This document shows, piece after piece, positions 11,504-23,454 of a DNA stretch of 64,000 nt. The notes beneath the pieces were generated by a model. It saw only the letters and a program-made list of their open reading frames with translations. It did not search any database and was not told the origin of the DNA. The DNA comes from Eledone cirrhosa (Eukaryota), in contig OZ024742.1 in the NCBI GenBank assembly GCA_964016885.1, positions 237,212,001 to 237,276,000 of the forward strand, written 5' to 3'. A program made the position numbers and the translations under genes. Every line of letters begins with the position of its first letter. Position 1 is the first letter of the stretch.

Positions 11504-12043
11504 AGGAAAGGTATCCATATATAGAAACCATGCCAAAATATGGAATTTATGAGGAAGATGCAGTTCTCTAACCAGTCAAGTTTTGACTATAATGATCTGC
11601 TCAACCCATGCGACCATGGAAAAGCAATATATAATGATAATAATGATAACTAGAAAAAATATATTTAGCCAAAGATTAAAACACATTTCTTTTACCCTGT
11701 CATGACTCAAATAATATAAATTTCATAAATTTCCTGATTTGAATAAATTAGTAATCAAGTAATCAATTTTTAGTAGCTAAGCCTTATATATACATCTTTT
11801 ATCATATTCCACTTTATTTTTTATCATTGACATTTTTTCAACATAACTTTTCTGACTCCTTTTAAGTTTCATTCTTTGTCTTTTGGTATATTAATTTCTT
11901 CTCCTTGTTTTTCTCCTTTTCACATATTCTTTTTATTTGATTGTTCCCAATAATGTGATGCATTTCAAATAGCTGTGTATTAATACATCAACAGAAGATT
12001 TATGCTTGCCATTCCTTTGAAATATTTGTATATTTGTACTCAC

Positions 12044-12420
12044 GTGTGTGTACATATGTTTAAGTGACTATTGGGGTGTGAGTTTGTGTGACTTTGTATG
12101 TATAAATGACTGTGTGCATATGTGTGTATGGGTGATTGTGTGGGTGAGAGAAACTGTGTGGGTGAGAGAAACTGTGTGGGTGAGAGAAACTGTGTGGGTG
12201 TAACTGAGTGTGTGAGTGTATGTGACTGTATGAGAAACTGTGTGAGAGAGATTGTATGTGAATGTTTGTATATGATTGTGTATGCATTTGTTTGAGTAAC
12301 TATAGGTATATGTGAGTGATGTGTATGTGTAAATGACTGTATGTATATGTGACTGCATGCAGTATGAGTATGTAAACTGTGTGTATGTGCATATGACTGT
12401 GTATATGTGCATGAGACCCT
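12044..12420. repeat. Degenerate TG-rich low-complexity tract containing an 18-bp tandem repeat (gagaaactgtgtgggtga, ~3 units)
   Basis: Visible directly in the sequence. Confidence 0.85.
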
Positions 12421-12849
12421 ATATAGAAGTGAGAATGTAAGTATATGTACGGTCAAGAGAAAGAAAAAGAAAGAGGAGTTAACAACCATGATACATAACT
12501 AAAATTAAAACACAAATAATCAAAATCAATGGACATATTTCTGAAAGCAGTTTGTAAAACTTTTTTTAATGACATTTGCCTTTCCGTTTTGTGTTTGTTT
12601 TGTTTTTCTTTGTTATTTTTTGTTATATCAAAAATTGTGAACCATAAAGAAAAATAATAAAGTTGTCTGGAAGCTGAAATAGAACAGGCAAAAATAAGAA
12701 CAATCAATACCTGAGTGGTTGCCAATCTCCTGGGTGATAATATTAATTTGATTTCCTTTTAGCCACTGACATCTACAGGAGAGAATAGGCTGTAGGGTAC
12801 AGCTTTTGAAGTTTCTCATTGTTATATACTACTGGTGTTTGTAAACGTT

Positions 12850-13245
12850 ATTAACCCACATAGGGAATATTACACCCTCTTTCATGTAATTAAACCTTTA
12901 ATGATTTTCAAATAATTTTGAAAATAATCAGAAGTTTGGAAGTATTTAGTATTATAACTAACTTTCTCTTTATTAATCTGGTGTTTGGAACATAACTTAA
13001 CCAATAATCTTATGATGGAAGGTTTTATAAACAATGAACTGCTGTAAATGTAACTATATTTCTAATGAAATTAACAGCATTTCAATATATAAATTAGGAT
13101 AATTTCTCTTAAATTATCATTTCATTATTAATACGATATTAGTAATACTTAATACAAGGTTTTTACATAAAATTATAATGGAAAGATGGATGAATATAAA
13201 CACTTTAAAATGAGCAGTTTCAAGCTGGTTGGTAACAGAGGGATT
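12850..13245. mobile_element. Degraded TTAA-CCC type (piggyBac-like) MITE family; related pieces at ~6140-6310, 13450-13630, 31190-31380, 37840-38050, 53880-54105, 58930-59075 and 60525-60707
   Basis: Recurrent AT-rich body (aataattttgaaaata..aagaattt...tgtttggaacataa) with ttaaccc / aaagggttaa ends. Confidence 0.5.
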
Positions 13246-15336
13246 AAATGGACTTTGTAAATTATGCTGAAAAGTGTGGGTAAAATAAGCAGACTCTAAC
13301 TAACCCCAGGGCAAGTATTTTTCATGTCTGAAAATTCAACAGTTCCATATAACTACATATAAGTACAAACTAAGGAAGATAATCCAAACAATAAACAGCA
13401 TAGGAAATTTAAGTCTCCTTTGGTTCTATGAAACAAAACCACTCATGATAAAGTGTTCCTATTTAAATTAAAATTTTCAACATAATTTGATATAAGAACC
13501 TTTTGTTATGCTATGTGACAAATACCATCTTAACAATGAAATAATAGTTTTAGTAAATCCTTCCAATTTATTCATTAGTTAGTCCAAATACAGTGTATTT
13601 CTGTAAAATTATGGTAACCAAAGGGTTATGGCTGTTTCCCCTGCTAAAGCAGGGGTAAGCCTTGCAGACCTCATGAGGGGTGTCCGTCCTTCCAGCCATC
13701 CATCACATCCATCACTGGAACTAATAAAAAATACAAGTATATGCAGAGCCTGTGCCTGGGTATTTAGGACCCTAATATAGCTTTGCAACATGCTCCTTCT
13801 TCTAAATAATATAATTTCAACTTACAGTTGGTAAGCTGACAACCCTAGTTTTAGAGACTTGGCTCTGACCAAACAAGGAAAATTTCTAAGACTACATTTT
13901 CCACTTCACATTCAACACTCACCCACACCAAATCATGTGATAGGTCATGATAACACCATACAGCTTTTGTCATCACTTTGGTTATTTCCACAATGCAGCT
14001 GTGTGGCAAAGATGCTTACTGATTTATTTATTGATTGCAAGAAATTATTTTGTATCTAAGTTTATACAAAATTTTATAAAACCAAGATCCTTTAACATTC
14101 TATGTCAGGTTCCTCTTAAGTACTGCTGGTAACATGTAACCCAGTACAACCTGTTACATGGTTGGATTGTTGGTAACTAAACCAGCAGCTTCACCAAACT
14201 TGCTTGGTGAGTAGGGTGATTTTTTTGGACACCCCTGTCAATAGCTATCCAATAGTGTGTAAAAAATCAAACAAAAAAATTAGGTCAACATAGACTGCCA
14301 ACCATGACTAATGAGCTATCTAGGAGAAAAATCACTCTGATTTCAAAACCAGAGTAGATGAAACTTCTTAACCACCTTGGTGACAACCTATCAAGTGGCC
14401 AATGGCTTCATCCTTGTGATGAAGGTAGATGAGGTATGGCTTATTAGCCAGGTTCCAAATTATTGGTCAGATGAGGATTCAGGACCTACTGACATCACTT
14501 TTTTTCCTGATGAGAATTATGGACATACTGCATCATATAGATTAACATTGGTGCCATTGTCTATGGTACTCAGCCCTCAGCAAGGTCCAGTAGTGCACCT
14601 CTCTGATGTGTGCATCCTAGATAGTTGCCTAGATAACAATAATGGTAGTGCCGTCCCTGGCTTCATGGTTAGAGCCTTCGACTCATGATCACAAGGTCAT
14701 GAGTTTAATTGCTAGCAGTACATTGTCTTGAGCTGCTCCAGTCAACTCAGCTGGCAAAAATGAGTTACATCTGTAATTCAATAAGCCAGCCTGATTACAT
14801 GTAATGTCACGCTGAATCTCTCAGAGAACTACATTAAGGGTGCATATGTCTGTAGAATGTTCAGCCACTTATACATTAATTTCATGAGTAGGCTGTTCCA
14901 GTGATCAAACAACCAGAATAGTCATCATTGGAATCAAAGGAGGTCCAAAACAGTTGAGATTTTTCTAGAGACTTGAAAAGACAAACAAAATAGGCAACTT
15001 AAATAGAATGTGAATACCTACATAATCACCAGACCATTTCTGTGATATATTTGTTTGGTTGTATACAAACATAGTTTCAATTACACTGGAAGATAGCCAA
15101 AGCAGAGACGACAACACTTCTATATAAAATTTTAATAAACATTTCCATTTTAGTTCTTATTTGAGACAGGGATATTTAATCAAATTTCTAGCTTGTTATG
15201 ACAACTGTAATCTGTTTAGTTATTTATTTTGTTAGTTTCAAGCATTAGATAGTAGCCATGCTGAGGTACCACCATAGAGATTTAATAAATCATACCAACC
15301 CCAGTATTTGTTTTTTCAAGCCTGATATCCGGAAAT

Positions 15337-15393
<57 letters not shown>

Positions 15394-15399
15394 TACAGC

Positions 15400-15940
15400 C
15401 CCAATGTCATCAATCTTTTATGTCCTTTTTTTCCATGCTTGCATGGATTGGATAGATCTTCTCCAGTACAGCTTTCATCCACTTATTGCGTTTCTTGTCA
15501 CCTTCTTTTTAAGGTTCAGCACCTTGAAACCAGCTCTTAGCACATCTGTCTAGGCCTTCCATTACTCCATCTTAGTTCCACTGGGATCTCCTGATACTTT
15601 TTCACTCAACAATCACTATCTATAGGCATCATATGACCATTTCCAAACAGTCTTTTTTCTTGCACACATCATCTGATTCTTCTTATACTGAGTTTTTCTG
15701 TCAGTTCATCCATGCTGCATTGTTCATGCACATTAACATTATATATTCATGTCTCTCCAGCTTTTGCATATCATCTGTATTCACTGCCAATGTCTCACTG
15801 CTATGCAACAAGATACTTCTCATGCAGGTATCATGTAATTTACTCTTGCTCAGAAAGAATTTCCCTTTGCTCTCAAACGAGGTTAAAGCTCCATGAACAA
15901 TGAACACTATATATCCCGTTCTTATTCTAACTACTATAGC
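15400..15940 (-). mobile_element. Degraded RTE 3' fragment
   Basis: ORF 15701-15907 reads KLHDTCMRSILLHSSETLAV..MQKLERHE, homologous to the RTE C-terminus. Confidence 0.7.
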
Positions 15941-16375
15941 AAAATAATTAGGAATTAAGAATATTTAGAATATTTAGAATTGAGAAAATGAAAAGTGGTC
16001 ATTGAAATTACATTGTAATCCCCATCTCCTTTCATGTCTTATTTAGCCTTTTTGTCTTTTCTTTATACATTTCTTTCATAGACAGTAATTATGGTATTGG
16101 ACTTATGATCATAATGACATGGGTTTGATTCCTGGACCAGGTAGCAAATGTAAAATGGATTGTGTTCTTAAACAAAACAATCCATTTCATGTTGTTCCAA
16201 TTAACAAGTACCAGTAGCAACTGCTGGGGGCTAATCCTGCAATGGATTGTACTCCCAGTCACTTAATGCCAATGAAACTGGGATAAACTATGAATAGATG
16301 AGCTTCTGGGCTTGACAGACTTTAACTTAACTTAATAGCAATGATGAAATAATATAAAAACTATAATAATAAACA

Positions 16376-17055
16376 ATAATAATTGTTTCTACTTTTGGCA
16401 CAAGGCCAGCAATTACCCAGTGTATTACTGGTACTTTATTTTATCTACCCCGTAAGGATGAAAGGCAAAGTTAACCTCGGCGGGATTTGAACTCAGAATG
16501 GCAAGGGACTTAACTCTATGCATCAAAGTATGGCATCCGACCCTCTACCGATACTGCCAATCCAGCACCCTTAATAATAAACAATAATAATGATAATGTT
16601 TCTACTTTTGGTATAAGGCCAGGAATTACCCCAGTGCATTACTGGTGCTTTATTTTATCGACCCTGTAAGGATGAGAGGCAAAGTTAACCTGACGGGATT
16701 TGAATTCAAAATGTAAATGGCCATAATTCCTAAGCTGCAAAGTATGGTGCCTGACACTCTACCGATACTGCCAAACCACTGCCCCTATAATAATTGTTTC
16801 TACTTTAGGCGCAAGGCCAGCAATTACCCAGTACATTACTAATGGTTTCTTATATAGGCACAAGGCCAGTAATTTAGGGGGAGGGGAAAGTCGATTAAAT
16901 CAACCCCAGTGTGTGACTGGTACTTTATTTTATCGACCCCATAAGGATGAAAGGCAAAGTTAACCTCAGCAGGATTTGAACTCAGACCGTAAAGGGACGT
17001 AACTCCATGCCACAAAGCATGTTATCCAACACTCTACTGATACTGCTAATCTACA
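16376..17055 (-). repeat. Head-to-tail cluster of 3-4 SINE copies separated by (AAT)n
   Basis: Repeated gtttctacttttggcacaaggccagc...ccaatcca units. Confidence 0.85.
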
Positions 17056-18228
17056 ATAATTTTTTTTAACCTTCAAAAAATACTATCTATGTAACTCCAA
17101 AACAATCTTTTTCACATATTATCAAAATCACCATTAAAAGTACTTAATAGTAAATAACTTTTATTGTTATTTTATTGTCTTAGCACCAAACTACTTTTGA
17201 ACACACTTACAATTTTCTTATGTTTTGACAGACATTTTCTAGAACAATACTTCTTTTGAATCTGGAGTACACAATTAAAATTGAAATCCCTATTGCTGAA
17301 CTACATTCTTCCCCTAAAAGCATGACAATTATCTAACATCCTAGTCATAATGCCCACTTGAACTTATAACTTGCTATCTCTTGACGTCTCAGAGTGAGAC
17401 TTGGAGTCCAGCTCGTACAAACACAAAGTAAAATCAAAAGATCTAAATAATTGTTTCTACTTTTGGCACAAGGCCAGCAATTACCCAGTACATTACTGGT
17501 ACTTTATTTTATCGACCCCGTAAGGATGAAAGGCAAAGTCAACCTCGGCGGGATTGACTTTGCCTTTCATCCTTACGGGATCGATAATAATAATAATAGT
17601 TTCCTCTATTGGCACAAGGCCAGCAATTACCCAGTACATTATAATAATAATAATAATAATAACTGCACATACCCAAGGTATACTACACTGTGCTCAGGAA
17701 TCAACACACAATAGAAAAAATAAGTAAATAACTCAATTCTTCTGCAATGAAATATGTTAGATTTTTTACATTAAGCTATGAAATAATCTCAACATTCTAT
17801 TATGAAGTAATTTGCAATATATATTGCTTTTCAACAAGGAATATTCAACAAGAGCAGTACAAGAAAACTATATTTTGATTTATTGTTATGTATGTATTCA
17901 CAGACTCACACATACACAGATTTACACATACAAAGACACATGCATTCACAGACTCACACATTCAAACTTACACATACTCACTCACACACAGACTCACACA
18001 TTCACAGATTTGTACATTCATATACTTACTACAGATTGACATAAAATTCATTTATTGAATTGGTTCCCAATATTACAGGTAGTATATATATATTTGTAGT
18101 GATACCTATTTAAGAAATTTGTAAGGTAATCATCATCCTTTTACATCTGCTGAAATTAACAATAACGATAAACATAAACAAATAGATAAATAAAATCATG
18201 TGCAAGAGGGAGAGAAATATCATTATTG

Positions 18229-18282
<54 letters not shown>

Positions 18283-18539
18283 TAGGTAATTCCAAAGGAA
18301 AAAAGAGTGCTCTATGTATAGAACAGAGCTATTTAATTAGAAAGTAAATCACACAAAATATAACTACTCCATTACTAGTGATCCAGAAACCTTAGGTAAT
18401 GGAGTAGTTATATTTTGTGTGGTTCACTTTCTAAATATATATATATATATATTTACATGATTTGATATGTATGTATGCCTTGATATGTATGTATGCATTT
18501 ATAAAATATACTGGTGGAGTTCTATTTTGGCATGAATTC

Positions 18540-19520
18540 CATTGTTTGAATTCAACCAACATATCACATGTTTTTGTCTAATATAGAGGTCTTCCTCTAT
18601 TTTCATTAGAGGTCAAGTGTAACGTTAGCATAAATTGCTAGATTCATTATTGAAGTGGTAAGTGCTACCATGCACAGCGAATAGACTGAAGTATTGACAT
18701 GGGCTACCTTCTGAAGACGTGCAATTTGCCCAGTTACATAACTATCTGCTGATAATACATAGTTTTCTGAACACTACAGATCAATATCTGCAAATGTGAA
18801 GTGTGTTGCACAGAAACAAATTTCTTGAGGAGAGAGATACATACTGTATCTCTACCAAAACACAGCCACTGTACTTGTTATTAACTAAAATGTGTGCACT
18901 CTGAACTGTTAGTTCCAGTTACATTACTGCAATCTAGCAAATTTATTGAGTGGGCTAGACATTGGCCAGAGACTGTTGAATATTCTAAATATTCTATATA
19001 CATATATAAAATAATGAGTTGAGGCAAATGGATTAGTGATTAGTTTATCCTGCAGTGGTACTGAAAATATGCACAACTGAAAATATGCACTTTTTAACAG
19101 AATTTTCAATGCTGATCTCTTCATGACAAGCAGCATAGGTGGGATTGCATCATTTCTGATTCAATCCTAATTTAGATGGGCTGGTCATGTCCTACAGATG
19201 ACTGAGGACCGCATACCCAAGGAATTGTTATACAGTCAACTTCATACAAGACAAACTGAAGTACAATATCAAATCTGTGAACATACATATTATTTCTTTT
19301 GAAGCCCTAGTTGCCAACTGTCGAAAATGTAGAACTGTCTGCCATGAAGGTATAAAGAACTTTGAAAAATCTCGTCTGGTCAATTTTCGTGATCTAAGAT
19401 CTAACACCAAGATTCGATTAAACATTCCATTCTGCTCCTCTCTAAATCCTGTCATCTGCACTAAATGTGGATTAATGTGTAAATCAGTAGCTAGACTGAA
19501 GTAACATAAAAAAATGAACT
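18540..19520 (+). mobile_element. Old RTE-clade LINE remnant of a second family, with a C-terminal C2H2-like finger
   Basis: RWAGHVLQMTEDRIPKELLYSQL at ~19170-19245 and FEALVANCRKCR...CTKCGLMCKSVARLK at 19277-19504; the left boundary is approximate. Confidence 0.6.
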
Positions 19521-19805
19521 GAAAAAACTCTTGAACCCTCATACGTCAATATATGATGATTATTAGGATTAGGGAAGGTAAGCAGCTGTAGAAACAACAC
19601 CAAATATGAAATGTAAGCATGCGGTTACTCCAACCCATTTGGTCTTGAACTGTGACAACCCATTCAACCCATCCCAGCATGCTAAGCAGATGTAAAATTA
19701 TGATGATGAAGTTTTTATAGATGTATGAGTGTAAACATACTTAATAGTTACACAAGAATTCTATTCATATTTATGATTATAAAACTGTGATAGTAAGTTG
19801 CTTAC

Positions 19806-19968
19806 CTTAGGGTCTGCCTTTAGAGCATTTGAGAACTGAATGACCATACCATCGGTGGACAGAACTAAGCGAGAAATTAAGCTGATAGGGACATCTAAAC
19901 ATTCCTTTGTTACATAATGGATCGTGGCATACAAGAGTTTTGGTAATAATTTCAGGGAGTGAAAACAA
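19806..19968 (-). CDS. STK36: STK36 homologue exon (CFHSLKLLPKLLY...VPISLISRLVLSTDGMVIQFSNALKADPK)
   Basis: Polypyrimidine tract plus CAG acceptor, GTAAG donor; 163 nt, phase 2-0; resembles human LPISLLTRLALMD. Confidence 0.9.
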
Positions 19969-20849
19969 CTGCAGGAAGAAGAAAATAAAACTAGAAAAAT
20001 AGGTAATGTCATACAACTAGTCTTAAGATCATTTTCATTTCCTAATCCATCATCTTTAACTGTGCCTTTATTGGTCTTCTCCTTCCTTTTACATTCATTT
20101 CCATTTTATTAGTAAATAGAATATATTTACTAATAAAATACTCACAAGAGGTTTGAGACCAGTTTCCCTGCTAAAGCAGAGGCTAGCCTTATGGACTCTA
20201 TGACAGGCTTTGTATTCATCATGGGGTCATTTTGGGAGGCAATGTTTTACAGCAGGTATTTTTCTTGGAGCCAACCCTTTTTGTAACTATTCTATATTTA
20301 TTTTCATCACTCCTCTTACCTAGTCATTTTCAAGAACTACTAAAAGTTAATAGTACATGAGCAAGAATTTGTAGCTGGGGTGGGCTACAAAGTATTGAAA
20401 TGACCTCAATACAATGTCTGGTAGTTATCTTGTATTTCCACAATACACTTGATCCCTTCAATCATTCAACCTGTTTTTTAATTTGTCATTACTCTCTCTT
20501 CCATGCTTAGTAGTGAGTAATCTTTAGTCTTCTGAGATCCAAGGCAACCTCTCTAGTGCTAAATTTACCCATGCCAAATCACATAGCAGCTAACAACACA
20601 ATATGGCTCTCTCAACTGTTTTAGATATTTCCCCAATGTTGCTATTTGACAAAGATGTTTAGCAGTGGTTCAAAGTGTTAGGAAATGTCTTTCAGGTTTA
20701 GCAAACTGAACCTCATCTCCTGAATAATAATTTGATGATAGATACATTGTTAATAGTAATTGTAATGAATGATGGGAAAAAGTACTCAATACCATAAAGT
20801 ATTGTATCAATTTAATTTGGTTAACCAAATAATATATATTCATATATAT

Positions 20850-21236
20850 GGAGGCACATGGCTTAGTGGTTAGAGCATTGGCCTTGCAATCGAAAGGTTG
20901 TGAGTTCAATTCTCAGACCGGTTGATGTGTTGTTTCCTTGAGCAAAACACTTTATTTCACATTGCTCCAGTCTACTCAGCTGTAGAAATGAGATGATAGG
21001 GACTGGGGTCCCTATCATTCCACCGCAAAGTGGTTGTGGAGGTGCCACGGCAAAAAAGCACCCAGCCCACACTGTAAAGTGGACGTGTAGGCGCCGCAGA
21101 AAAAATGCACCCAGCACTCACTGTAAATGAGGTTGGTGTTAGAAAGGGCATCCAGCTGTAGAAATCAAGCCAGAATCAGTTCCCGTTCCACCCTTGCAAA
21201 TAGGGAAAAGCGGACGTAAAATGGAATGATGATGGT
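20850..21236 (+). mobile_element. Full-length tripartite SINE: tRNA-like head, conserved central block and RTE-derived 3' tail
   Basis: A box tggcttagtgg, B box gagttcaattc; central ccttgagcaa..cactt block; tail with gaagggcatccagctgtagaaa-like motif and (GAT)n shared with RTE 3'UTRs. Confidence 0.85.
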
Positions 21237-21909
21237 GATCTGATTTAGAATAGATACACCATATTCCTGCATGTCATGATGACTATAATTGTTGGCATAA
21301 AGAAGGACATGTGTCTGTAAAACATTGCTTTGAAAAGGATGAAGCCTATCATGGAGTCAGCAATGATAGCCCCCCACCCCCACCCCTATCCCCACCCACC
21401 CATTAACAGGTCATGATTTTGATTTCTGAATTGCGCATTGTGTCCTTGAGTGAGACACTTTATTTCACATTGCTCCAGTCCACTTAACTGAAAACAAAAA
21501 CAGTTGCAATGACGCCAGTGGCCTGTAGACATGCATGTATGGGTGACTGTTGTTGATCTTTTACAAAATACCTTTCATGGGCTTATGCCTTGTAGAGGAA
21601 CATTCCAGGTGCAAACCCATGGTCAGTGATATGCAAGGAAAGAGTGTGGGTTGTCTTTAAGTCATATTTAAATTAAAATCTTCAAACATAATTTGATATA
21701 AGAACCTTTTCTTTAGTAATGCTATTAATACCATTTAACACCATATAATCACTAATTTTAATAAATCCCTCAAATTCTCCGTTAACTTTTAATGTCACAT
21801 TAAATCACATGAGCAAGACATTCTTGAAAAGTCAAAAAACAGCAATACGATTATCAAACTAATAATTAAATTATATATCTAGATATGGTTATGAAAGCAT
21901 TAAACCAAC

Positions 21910-22023
21910 CTAACTGTCTGCTCTGTTATTTCTATGTCAACATCCAAACCAAAGGGGTAACAACACATCTGGACAACCCGCAACAATATTTCCATTGGTA
22001 ATTCAGAACTTTTAACATCAACA
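21910..22023 (-). CDS. STK36: STK36 homologue exon (VDVKSSELPMEILLRVVQMCCYPFGLDVDIEITEQTV)
   Basis: atttag acceptor, GTTGGT donor; 114 nt, phase 2-2; resembles human VCQLLCFPFALDMD. Confidence 0.88.
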
Positions 22024-22624
22024 CTAAATATAAAATAAATATAAGAGAATAAAGAAAAATATATACATCAAATAATCATCAACATATAAAATATATTAAT
22101 AAAACTAATAATGAAAAATATAGGTGTGGGCTGTGTCATTGAGAAGTTTGTTTCACTGTGCCTCACCAATGCCTTCTGAGTGAAATTTGGTAGACAGAAA
22201 CAGTATAGAATCCCATCGTATATAAATATTTCTAGCATGGAAGATAAACGATAATGATAATGATGATAGTTAAGAATGTGTTTTACAAAGAGGAATGAAA
22301 GAGAACCACAGCTAAATAAGGTACTCAATACATTAGTAGAAAAGGTATGTGTTGATTTCATATAGAAATGACTTCTACAGGACCAGAATTGATTGATTCA
22401 TTCAAAATCAATATACATGTGTCTATGTATGTATATATACTCTCGGGCCCCAAATAATAGGGGTGGTGGAATAAAAAGGGGGTTTGGAGATTTGCTTAAA
22501 TTTTTATAAAGGGGAGAATAGGGGGGGGGGGTTATTCAAGATCTGAAAGTATATATATATATACATATATATATAATCCATGCACACATGGAAAAATAGA
22601 TGTTAAGTGGTAGTGATGATAATG

Positions 22625-22670
<46 letters not shown>

Positions 22671-22721
22671 AAATTTCGCTCTACATGGTTGAATACAATA
22701 AATGTAATCTGAGTTTTTCGA

Positions 22722-23351
22722 ATCATCATCATCATCATCATCATCAGGTTCAGCGTCCGTGTTCCACGCTTGCATGGGTTTGGACGGGGGTTTTCCCACT
22801 TGAGGCAAGAGTGGTTGTCTTGCTCGCATAGGACTGTCTGGCGGGTTTTCTACAGTTGGATGCCCTTCCTAACACCAACCACATTTACAGTGTGGGGCTG
22901 GGAGGTTTTTACCGTGTTGCCTACACGGCCACATTACAGCGTGGACTGTCTGGTGGGTTTTCTACAGCTGGATGCCCTTCCTAACACCAACCACATAACC
23001 ACATTTACAGTGTGGGGCTGGGAGGTTTTTACCGTGTTGCCTACACGGCCACATTTACAGCGTGGACTGTGTGTTTTTTTGTCGTGACACCTACACGATC
23101 TCATTTGTTTCGGCCTGGATGTTGTGGGACCAACATAACTTTACATTGAAAGGGGCGGTGTGGATGGGGTGGAGGTGGTGGGACGGGGGTGTGTTTTGAT
23201 AGAGATGCCTACTGACTGTAGTAGGTTTTTACTTTGTATTTAGGTAAGGCGGGTCTTCTCTATTACTGAGTACCGCCAAAGGTCTCGGTCCAGTGACATT
23301 GTCTTGGAGAGGTGTAAGCGTGTGAGGTCGGAATTTATCAACTCGTCCCAT
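22722..23351 (-). mobile_element. 5'-truncated RTE copy nearly identical to 1492-2120
   Basis: Reverse-complement match with few differences; ORFs 22770-23087 and 1756-2064 are near-identical. Confidence 0.95.
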
Positions 23352-23454
23352 ATTAATAATAACATTCGATTCGTTTGCAATTTTGCAAACAAGCCTCAAT
23401 TTTATATATATATATATATGATGGTATACATATATATATATATATATATACACC

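Noticed and set aside
12628-12819. Minus-strand ORF with a GT donor-like site, considered as a possible STK36 exon
   Set aside because: There is no good acceptor, the phase is incompatible with the phase-0 intron, and the flanking exons already join collinearly with STK36.
20850-20925. Possible tRNA gene
   Set aside because: The A and B boxes run into a SINE body, there is no proper acceptor stem, and multiple decayed copies exist.
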